From assembly GCA_965215565.1 (NCBI GenBank), contig CBDCDZ010000004.1, positions 3,616,001-3,680,000 of the forward strand: 64,000 bases of DNA, in the 5' to 3' direction. The notes under the pieces are model-generated. The model was not told where the DNA came from. It made no database searches and saw only the letters and a program-made list of their open reading frames with translations. Within the stretch, counting starts at the first letter, position 1, and each line of letters starts with the position of its first letter. Source of the DNA: Trueperaceae bacterium (GTDB lineage Bacteria > Deinococcota > Deinococci > Deinococcales > Trueperaceae). Made by a program: the position numbers and the translations under genes. Positions 50,447-58,335 of this stretch are shown piece after piece.

Positions 50447-50719
50447 ATGAAATATTTGCGCTTAGTTTGTCTTGGTATCCTCTTATTAGGGTTTGGTGCA
50501 CAGGTCTACGCCGAGCCAGCGCCCCCTTCGCAGGCTCAACACGAGAGCGAAGCGAGCGAGCATACCGACGCCGAAGACGCTTCTGGGCAGCATGAAGGTG
50601 GCTCGGACGAATCTACCGACCCTGAAGACCCAGGTGACTCAGTGGGGATGCCCTGTCCTTCAGGGGTCTGTGACAATAACGGGGGTGGCGCACGTAATCC
50701 GGTCGCTGCCGACCCGTGA
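50447..50719 (+). CDS. Small secreted acidic protein
   Basis: Signal peptide MKYLRLVCLG...VYA, C-terminal CPSGVC. Confidence 0.55.
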   Translation: MKYLRLVCLGILLLGFGAQVYAEPAPPSQAQHESEASEHTDAEDASGQHEGGSDESTDPEDPGDSVGMPCPSGVCDNNGGGARNPVAADP

Positions 50720-50781
50720 GCCTCAATTCAGTCCGCAGTTGAGGCGAAGCAGGACGAACCGAGCGCCCAGGCTGGCTTCTT

Positions 50782-50970
50782 ATGAACACGGTCGGAAAAG
50801 CGACGCCGGACGAGCAGGTTACCGAGCAGAGCACTGAGGACGAAGGACACGACGATTCCAAACAAATTCTGAAAGACCTCGAGATTGAGAAAGCTAAGGC
50901 GAGGGTGAAGGTTGCAGACGTCACCCTCGCCGCTTTAATCAGGCGACAACGCGAGAAAGATGAACCGTAG
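50782..50970 (+). CDS. Hypothetical protein (62 aa)
   Basis: ORF only. Confidence 0.35.
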   Translation: MNTVGKATPDEQVTEQSTEDEGHDDSKQILKDLEIEKAKARVKVADVTLAALIRRQREKDEP

Positions 50971-50975
50971 GTGCG

Positions 50976-53486
50976 CTAAAGAGCTAACTCGGCTCTCAAC
51001 TGCTGAATGCGGCTCAACACAATAGGGGTGCGCGGGTCGCTGGGCGACAGACGTTCCGGCAGCGTCTCCCACAACGCCAAATCGTCCACCATGACGGTCG
51101 AGAGATAGTATTGCGCCTCGAGGTCTCCTGTAGACATTACGGCCTCTCTCAGGGCGCGTTCGAGGAAACCCTGCTCCTCGATGAGCCGTGGCGACTCCGC
51201 TGCCGCCAACAAAGGACCACGGTAAAGCTCTATCGCCTCGGAAATGTCGCCGCGCTTCAAGTGTGAGAGGAGCGCATTGAAATCGGCCTCGACTTGCCCG
51301 CTCAGGCGGTAGGGACGTGTCGAAATCGGAACGTGTTCGCGGAGCCGCGCAAGCAGGGATTTGATACTCGCCGCCGCTGCGTCCTCGCCGTATAAGTAAG
51401 AGGCCAAGCGCTGTCCGCTCAGACCCTCCGGGTAGAGTGCGAGCAGGGCGAGCACCTCGAGTTGGCGGGTGGACAAGGTGAGTATTTGACCATCGAGCCG
51501 GACTTGCGGCGGTCCGAGGAAGGTCAGCTCGAGGTGCGCCTTACCCTGCTGCGTCCCGGCAACGACCTTCTGAAAGATCGTTGCGGGACCGACGAGGTAA
51601 CGCTCGCCGCTCGTGCCGAGCGCACTGAGGTAAGGCTGCACGTCTTCCATCACACGGTGCGCCGTCACCGTGTCGCCGCGCTCGACGTAGGTGAAGGCCA
51701 AATAGCTACAAGCGCGGGCATAATGTACGGCTTGAATAGGCGACTTGTAATGGTCCACCGTCCGCTGTAGGTAAGGCTCTGCCGCTGCTGCGTCGCTCAG
51801 AGAAAGTGCCATACCGAGGCTGAGGTCGGCTGCCGCGCGGTCTGTGGCAAGGTGCTGTGCGCGTTGCGCCCACTCCAGCGCAGCTTCGTGCTTGCCGAGT
51901 TCGAGCAGTGTACGCACGAGGTTGATGGCGTTCTCGCCGAACTGCGCCCTGTCCAAAGATTGCGCGTTGGCTTCGTAGTAGGGCAAGGCCCGGTCTGCCT
52001 GACCTTGCGACAACCAATAGTCACCCAAGGTCGAGCGGACTAGGGCCGCGAGCCCCGGCACGCTGGAGGCGAGATGGGCCTCTGCCTCTTCGAGCAGTGT
52101 TTCGAGTCCTGCCGTTTTACCCGTTAAAATACGCCCGAACGCCCACTCGTTGGCAGTGACCAACCACCGATAGGTATTTTTCAAATCGTGCTTATCGAAC
52201 AGCTCCAACGCCCACCCCGCCCAGGTCGTCCCCACATCGTAGCGGCCGACTAAAATGTAAGTCGCAGCGAGCGACCAAGCGTTTCTGACCACAGCGTACC
52301 CGTCCTCTTCCGCCTCGGCTTGCTCGACTGCCTCGTGCAAAACCTCGATGGCTCGTTCGGGCGCGTCGTAGTTCAAGGCCAGACCATACTCGTAAAGCGT
52401 AAAGGAGGTCCGTGCGAGCGCGACCGCACGTTCCGCCTGTGTAAGGTGGGTGTCGCCGCCACTCAAGGGTGCGTAGAACGCACGCAAACGAGGGGCATCG
52501 TGGTGCTGGAGAAAAGTCTCGATACGCGCCAGAAGGGGTGCGACTTGACCGACACGTCGCGCCGCGACCAGGAGCCAAAACAGCACGGCTTCGTTCTCTT
52601 GGTGCGTTTCGTCTAGCTGATTCAAGTGGCGCCACAACTGCCGATAGAGCCCCTGCGCTAAAAAGTAATTGCCGGACGCCTCGAGGATGGTGGGCACTTG
52701 CTCCGGTTTGAAGCGCACCGACAATTCCAATGCTTCAGACCATCGTTCCGTGTAGAGAAGGCTGGTGAGCACCTCACCGATGCTCGCTTCCTCCTCGAAG
52801 CCTTGTACGTACCAGTAGCCCTTCGCCGTCGGACGTAACGGAACGGGTCCGCCGTAGTGCTGATGGAGGAGCGCGAGAAAAGGCTCGAGCGCGCTGCGGC
52901 TTTCGGCCAGTAGGTCTGCGAGTACTGCGTCCGGAAGATCGGGGCTCAACTCACGTGCGTCGCCTAGCGACAAGGTGAGGGCGTCGCGGTCGAGGACGAG
53001 GCTGTTCGGGTAGGACAGCGGCAGCGCCTCATCGCTCGTCAAGATTAGGGAAGCCGTGCCGAGCGTGTTGCCTACGTCGGCGACGAATTGGGGGTAGAGG
53101 TCGGCGTAGGAGATCGCGATCTGGAAGGGGTCGAGGGCGTCGCGGCAGCGTTGCAGGACCGATAGCCCGTAGGGGTAGGGCATACCGTGCTGGAGGAGCG
53201 GACGACCGAGTGCACGGGTGAGCGCGTCGGCGAGACGGTTACCCAAGTAGACGGGGTCGCCCTGATCGTCCGGCTCCAAACTGAGCCAGGCGAGAGGTCG
53301 GTCCTCGGTCGGTAGACGATGGATGATCTGATGACTGCCCCAGGCCGGGTCGCCGGTAAATAAAACGGGCCCCTCGTGGTGCCGGATGCGCTCGGTATAG
53401 CGCGTGAGCCATGTGCTGTCGGCAAGGCGACCTAGAGTGACTGGCGCGGCGGATTCCCCTTGTCCGTACGAGTGTCTGCTATCCAT
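50976..53486 (-). CDS. MalT-like TPR protein with C-terminal HTH/BTAD-type transcriptional activator region
   Basis: LAWLSLEPDDQGDP (MalT-like), TPR-like helices, LTFLGPPQV...EVLALLAL.PEG, AIELYRGPLL. Start placed at MDSRHS. Confidence 0.75.
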   Translation of the reverse strand: MDSRHSYGQGESAAPVTLGRLADSTWLTRYTERIRHHEGPVLFTGDPAWGSHQIIHRLPTEDRPLAWLSLEPDDQGDPVYLGNRLADALTRALGRPLLQHGMPYPYGLSVLQRCRDALDPFQIAISYADLYPQFVADVGNTLGTASLILTSDEALPLSYPNSLVLDRDALTLSLGDARELSPDLPDAVLADLLAESRSALEPFLALLHQHYGGPVPLRPTAKGYWYVQGFEEEASIGEVLTSLLYTERWSEALELSVRFKPEQVPTILEASGNYFLAQGLYRQLWRHLNQLDETHQENEAVLFWLLVAARRVGQVAPLLARIETFLQHHDAPRLRAFYAPLSGGDTHLTQAERAVALARTSFTLYEYGLALNYDAPERAIEVLHEAVEQAEAEEDGYAVVRNAWSLAATYILVGRYDVGTTWAGWALELFDKHDLKNTYRWLVTANEWAFGRILTGKTAGLETLLEEAEAHLASSVPGLAALVRSTLGDYWLSQGQADRALPYYEANAQSLDRAQFGENAINLVRTLLELGKHEAALEWAQRAQHLATDRAAADLSLGMALSLSDAAAAEPYLQRTVDHYKSPIQAVHYARACSYLAFTYVERGDTVTAHRVMEDVQPYLSALGTSGERYLVGPATIFQKVVAGTQQGKAHLELTFLGPPQVRLDGQILTLSTRQLEVLALLALYPEGLSGQRLASYLYGEDAAAASIKSLLARLREHVPISTRPYRLSGQVEADFNALLSHLKRGDISEAIELYRGPLLAAAESPRLIEEQGFLERALREAVMSTGDLEAQYYLSTVMVDDLALWETLPERLSPSDPRTPIVLSRIQQLRAELAL

Positions 53487-53672
53487 ACATTCCCCCAAAG
53501 ACCGTGCTAGAGCACATGAGTACATGGAAGATACGAGGCTTGCCCTGAATTTCATCTGACTGCAAGCCTGTGGAGGCTGCTTCATACGTCTGAAAAAGTA
53601 TGTTGCGGTTCGCAACAGGTGGACGCAGACACCTGGGCTTGGTCTAAAACCTTGGACACTCAAAGTATACAG

Positions 53673-54639
53673 CTAAGCGGCTAGGCTCACCTCCTGAGTC
53701 TCTTTTCGCTGCTGGGATAGTTCAAAGGTGTCAGGCGTCTCATAGCCGAGCGAGCTGTGCAGCCGCTCGCGGTTGTAGTAGACCTCGATATATTCGAACA
53801 CCGCGACGCGGGCGTCATCGCGTGTGGCAAAGCGCTCAATGGGATAAACGAGTTCGCGTTTTAGTGTCGCCCAAAAGCTTTCAATGATGGCATTGTCGAA
53901 GCAGGCTCCTTTGCCTGTAAAGCTCGGCAGCATCTTGTGCGCTTCGAGTTCGCGCTGATAAGCGTAGGAGGTGTATTGAGAACCCCTGTCGCCTAGGTGA
54001 AGGCTAAGAGCCTTTGAGCTTCGCTCTAACCTTGTGATGAATCAAACCGGGCTGGGGCTTGCGCCGCGTCGTGGCTGAGCATAGGGCTTGCAGCACGAGG
54101 TCAGTCTTCATATTGTCACTCATGGCGTAGCCCACAACGCGCTTAGAGAAGCCGTCAATGACGCCCGCTAGATAAAGCCAGCCCTCGGCGGTCGGCAGAT
54201 AGGTAATGTCAACATGCCATACCTGATTGATCGCTGTTGGGCGTGGTTGTTCCAGCAACAGGTTCTGGGTCTCGAGATCACAGCGCTCATACTTAGTGCG
54301 GTGTTTCTTGTGACTCACAGCGTAGAGCCCTTCACGACGCATAAGACGTTTGACTCTGCCTAGCGAACACGAAACCTGCTGCTTCTTGAGTTCGGCGTGG
54401 ACACGGGGGCTGCCATATCTGCCCTTATTCTTCTCGAATACCGCTTTGATCTTCTCCAACAGCTCGGCGTTGCGCTTTTCGCATTTGCTCGGCTCCCGCT
54501 GCTGACGAGCCCGCCAGTGATAGTAGCTGCTCCTAGCCACGCCCAAGACCTTGCACAGCGCCGAGACGGAGAACTCGCTCTGGTGCGCCTCGATGAACGC
54601 GCACTTTAGGTTGTCTGTTTCGCAAAGTAAATGGCGGCC
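53673..54639 (-). pseudogene. IS3 OrfB transposase (DDE), disrupted in the HSDRGSQY motif
   Basis: YGSPR, WHVDITY, IHH[40-bp insert]SDRGSQY, CFDNAIIESF, YNRERLHSSLGY. Confidence 0.88.
53993..54032. repeat. 40-bp branched-hairpin insertion in IS3 orfB
   Basis: ct-aggt-g-aaggct(aag)agcctt-t-gagc(ttc)gctc-ta-acct. Its removal restores CAC AGC GAC AGG. Confidence 0.85.
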
Positions 54640-54911
54640 TTTTTTACGATCGCCAACTCTGTTTCAAGTCGCTTCACCTCCGCCTGGAGCCGTTTCAGTT
54701 CGGCTTCGTCAGCGGTCGGTTGTGCTCTTTTATGACCCATCACGAGTCGTCCCTCGCGGTATTGTCTACGCCACTTATGGATGTTCGACTCAGCAATACC
54801 CAAGCTCCGTGCCGCCTCGGTGATGCCGTAGCCCTTTTTCTCTACCAGTTCCACCGCATCGATCTTAAACTCCATTGGATACTGCCGAACCACCCTCTTG
54901 CCTTCTGCCAT
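54606..54911 (-). CDS. IS3 OrfA (HTH) with A AAA AAG -1 frameshift site at 54639-54645
   Basis: YPMEFKIDAV, AARSLGI, IVKKAAIYFAK. AGGAGG RBS. Confidence 0.9.
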   Translation of the reverse strand: MAEGKRVVRQYPMEFKIDAVELVEKKGYGITEAARSLGIAESNIHKWRRQYREGRLVMGHKRAQPTADEAELKRLQAEVKRLETELAIVKKAAIYFAKQTT

Positions 54912-55580
54912 CGTCTTCCTCCTTAGCAAAGTCTATTCCTACTAACTTTGTCCAAGGTAGTGGGCCAATGCCAACCTTAGCAAGCGAAGGTGCTCGAGGA
55001 ATAGTACGTAAAATCACAAAGAGATGTACTTTAACGTTTGATGAACGCTCAACGGGAGTTGACGAGGAGAGGCTGCGAAAGCGAACACTCGCCCGTTCGT
55101 TGTCTGGATTGAAGGGGGTCGAGGCTCTCCTCGACGACGCTTTCAAAGCGCTCTATCCGGACACACTTTTCCTTCGTAAAGACGAATTTTGCGGAGGTTG
55201 CCCGGAGACGAAATCGCTCAACGCCAACCCTTTAGCGACCACTGAGAAAGCCGCCAGGTCTTGAACCGATCCGACGGCTTTCTCTCGTTGTAGTTCCCCC
55301 GGCGGAGCACTCTTATTTTAACGCCGTCGTCATATCGAGAACAGGTGTGTACGGACTAGCTAATTCGGGGTTGGAGAACCTACAAAGAAAAAGCTCGAGG
55401 GGACCTCCAACCGGGGGGCGGGATGTAGAAGGTACGGTCCTCGAGACTTTCCTCAGCCTAGCCGCTCTCGGTCCCTCCGAATGAGCCATTGCGTTACCGA
55501 ACGTCACTGTGAAAAGGTTCACTCTTTCCGCCGAGGTGTAACAAATAATCGGAGTAGAGCACAGATTTACTTGCTTTCAC

Positions 55581-55874
55581 ATGTCTATAATTGTAAACAA
55601 AAGTATGATGCTAAAGGTGAAAAAGTCGAGTAAGCGCACCTCTTACGAACGGGCATTCTTTCGAGCAGTAGGTGCACGCATAGAGCTGTTCAGGTTGCGG
55701 CGCGGGCTGAGCTTGGAGGAAGTTGCTGCCCATACAGTGCATCCGCCCGAGTGGCTGAAGGGGCTCGAGGCGGGAGTGGAGGAACCGAGGCTCGACGACC
55801 TATTCGGCATCGCCAAGGCGTTAGGCACCGACCCCAGCGAACTCGTGAGGGTGGAGCCGAAGGTGTTTTCTTGA
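55581..55874 (+). CDS. XRE-family HTH protein
   Basis: VGARIELFRLRRGLSLEEVA...LEAG..EPRLDDLFGIAKALG. True start may be a later ATG/GTG. Confidence 0.8.
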   Translation: MSIIVNKSMMLKVKKSSKRTSYERAFFRAVGARIELFRLRRGLSLEEVAAHTVHPPEWLKGLEAGVEEPRLDDLFGIAKALGTDPSELVRVEPKVFS

Positions 55875-55924
55875 TACGGTCAGCTCTCACGGCAGCATAG
55901 GGGAACGTGTGACACGATGAGGGC

Positions 55925-56164
55925 ATGTCAGGACGCCGCAAGGACCCGGAATACCAGGCTTACAACCGCAAGGTCGGGGAGAGGATCAAGGAGCTGAGGC
56001 GGGATAAGAACCTCTCTCAGGAGGAGTTTGCTGCCGAGGTCGGACTCAGCCGCTCGTACCTGAGTTTGCTGGAGACGGCTAAGCAGGACCCGTCGCTCTC
56101 GACGCTCTTTAGGGTGGCGAAGGTTTTGGGGTTGAGTGTGAGTGAGTTGCTCGAGGTGGAGTAG
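55925..56164 (+). CDS. XRE-family HTH protein resembling restriction-modification controller proteins
   Basis: VGERIKELRRDKNLSQEEFAAEVGLSRSYLSLLE...PSLSTLFRVAKVLG. Confidence 0.88.
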   Translation: MSGRRKDPEYQAYNRKVGERIKELRRDKNLSQEEFAAEVGLSRSYLSLLETAKQDPSLSTLFRVAKVLGLSVSELLEVE

Positions 56165-56180
56165 CGTCACCAGAAACTCT

Positions 56181-57848
56181 TCAGTAATCTATATTCATAG
56201 CTGCACTATCGGCGATTTCGTCTGCTGCTAAAGATAGAGCGTGCCTAAGTGCTTCCTGATTTTCATTCTTGAGCAAGCTGAATCGCGATTGACTCTGTTC
56301 GGGCAAGAGGGTTACGCCCGCCTTTTGAAGAAGTCCTCTATACGCAGGATTAGCCACGAATCCTATCATGTTGGAATAATCGTGCTTATACTTTTCTATG
56401 AAATACATAAGCCTTTCGTAAACCCGCGCTTGAGCTGTTTTATCGCGTTTAGATAAGAGGAAGTCGTAATTCAAAACAGCGGGCTCTTTCACGTAACGCA
56501 GAGGAACAGGTCCGTAAAGCCCGGATAAGAAAACAATGTCGATATCGTTCTCTAGTCCCTGTAAACTTTTCACGACTCGCTTATATGACGATGAGTCGGT
56601 GTACGGTTTAGCCTGAGAACAGGTGAGAATTAGACAGATAGGTTTCTTGGCCTTAAAACGCCTTTTACGTATATCGAAGGCAGTAGGGTCATTTCTGACT
56701 GGCTTCACCTCCACTGCTTCCGGTAGAGGCTCGCCCTCAAGCAAGGCGCGGAGCTGGGCTCTTGGACGAGCTAGTTCAACGAGATAGTCTTCCAGTACGC
56801 CTTTCTCCCGAGCAGCAATTGCCTTATCAAGGATTTGCATATCCATTTCAAGATTGTGAAGTGCAGTCGCAGCATAAACGACACTCTTACGTCCCCGCTT
56901 AACCTCACCTTTTTTGGCTCGCATTACGAAAACATCTTCATGCACATCGCGCGAGTAGCAGACTTGACATGTACATGGATAGGACAAAAGTTCCCAAAGA
57001 CGTCGTTCTTTGTAATTGGGGGTGATGTATTTAAGTGAGCGAGCTTTCTGAATATAACCACTAGTGTCGAAAGTAGTCGCCCCTGCATGTAAGAGGAAAG
57101 GGACGAGAAGTCCGGTGACACCAAAAACATGCATCGGTAACTCTCCTGCAGCGCCACGTACAGCGCGGACATAACGGACGATCTCCTGCTGTCTCCCCGC
57201 CTTTCTTAACGGAACTATGGAACCTAGCCCTACCCCGTGAACGATCTGCATGAGATTTTCCTTGTCGAGACGTTCAAGCACCTCCTGCGTGAAGATGGCA
57301 GCTTGCTCGGGTGTATTCCCGTGAACAGGAACTACAAGATTTATATCTTTATCCGGTCTCTCAGAAAGAATTCTTGCGCAGTAAAGTGCATTTTGAAGTG
57401 TCTTGTTCAGTCGGTTACGCGACTCTTCTTCAGTTAATCCAGGCGGTATCGGGTAATCTAAAGACACAATCCTCGAAGCGCCTAAAGCTAGCTGGAGTTC
57501 GAGAATCTTTTCCTGCATGTTATGTTCAAAGAAGCCGTAGCGATCCAATCCAGCGGGTGGACCCTGCATGAACACGTAACCACCTGAGTCAGCTAAAATG
57601 TGTGCATGATAATCTAAGTCGAAATTGCCATTGTAGTGTTTACGCAGAGGTTTAGACAGCCACATCTCGAGTTGTTTTGGTAGTATGGCACCGTAGTTCA
57701 AAAAGTGTAGTGCTTGAACCATCACGGGTATATTACGCCTCAATAAACCTTGTTCCATGCCATGCAAGAGTTGCTTATACATGCCGCCGCCGTTTGGCGT
57801 TGTACCTGTCATCATAGCCGTAACTGGGTATAGGATAGAATTGTGCAC
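56181..57848 (-). CDS. DpdA/archaeal-type guanine transglycosylase fused to an ArcS-like (DUF5591-type) domain
   Basis: DSGG, SLDYP, PVHG, GSIVP, HVFG, TFDT, CTCQVC...HN, then C-terminal CSQAKPYTDS and SGLYGPVP. Confidence 0.8.
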   Translation of the reverse strand: MHNSILYPVTAMMTGTTPNGGGMYKQLLHGMEQGLLRRNIPVMVQALHFLNYGAILPKQLEMWLSKPLRKHYNGNFDLDYHAHILADSGGYVFMQGPPAGLDRYGFFEHNMQEKILELQLALGASRIVSLDYPIPPGLTEEESRNRLNKTLQNALYCARILSERPDKDINLVVPVHGNTPEQAAIFTQEVLERLDKENLMQIVHGVGLGSIVPLRKAGRQQEIVRYVRAVRGAAGELPMHVFGVTGLLVPFLLHAGATTFDTSGYIQKARSLKYITPNYKERRLWELLSYPCTCQVCYSRDVHEDVFVMRAKKGEVKRGRKSVVYAATALHNLEMDMQILDKAIAAREKGVLEDYLVELARPRAQLRALLEGEPLPEAVEVKPVRNDPTAFDIRKRRFKAKKPICLILTCSQAKPYTDSSSYKRVVKSLQGLENDIDIVFLSGLYGPVPLRYVKEPAVLNYDFLLSKRDKTAQARVYERLMYFIEKYKHDYSNMIGFVANPAYRGLLQKAGVTLLPEQSQSRFSLLKNENQEALRHALSLAADEIADSAAMNIDY

Positions 57849-57888
57849 AGGAAGACCTTACCGTACGAAGAGCGATAAAGCAAGACCT

Positions 57889-58335
57889 TCAAGTAGGAAG
57901 CAGGAATTCGTACCGCAACATTTTGCTTATATTCCTATGCGGGTTATCTACGATAAGAACGGTTTCAGCGTTGCGGTAAAAGCTGCCCCAGAGGAAGTTT
58001 GCTGACCCCACTAGAGCGATTTCATCAGTGATCAAACCCTTGCTGTGCAAGTGAGGAACAATGTGGTGTTTATCAGGCGTAAAGCGCGATAAAAGTGCAT
58101 TGAGCCTCCGGTCCGGTTCTCTCGTATAGATTGAGGTTCGATGCCCCTGTCCTTGTAGATAAAGTAGCAAGGTGCTCAGTCGTTGCGGTCCCGATTTATT
58201 GACAGGATAAGGTAGCTGTAGGGGTAGATCGTCCATCCAAGGGCTGACAATTGCGATGTCACCCTCGCTACTCAACATAATCTGAGGAACCAACCACGGC
58301 AGCTTCTTAGAGGCTAAGAACACGGTTAGGTGCAC
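57889..58335 (-). CDS. Single-domain phospholipase D-family nuclease (DpdK-like)
   Basis: IVSPW, HLHSKGLITD...VGSANF, NAE. Confidence 0.8.
   Translation of the reverse strand: MHLTVFLASKKLPWLVPQIMLSSEGDIAIVSPWMDDLPLQLPYPVNKSGPQRLSTLLLYLQGQGHRTSIYTREPDRRLNALLSRFTPDKHHIVPHLHSKGLITDEIALVGSANFLWGSFYRNAETVLIVDNPHRNISKMLRYEFLLPT

Larger units (their letters stand above)
53634..54973 (-). mobile_element. IS3-family insertion sequence (1340 bp including a 40-bp foreign insert)
   Basis: TIRs TGggcTTGGtCtAaaACCTTGGACA / TGgcaTTGGcCcActACCTTGGACA, 3-bp target duplication ACC, orfA/orfB organisation. Confidence 0.93.

Noticed and set aside
54974..55560. Coding genes (ORFs 54865-55146, 54875-55264, 55313-55522)
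   Set aside because: Two of them cross the IS3 boundary and none has a recognisable motif. Possibly degraded sequence.
56181..57848. Housekeeping queuine tRNA-ribosyltransferase (tgt)
   Set aside because: It lacks the usual bacterial Tgt N-terminal TPxFMPVGT and NTYHL motifs, has an extra C-terminal domain, and lies in mobile cargo with a helicase and nuclease.
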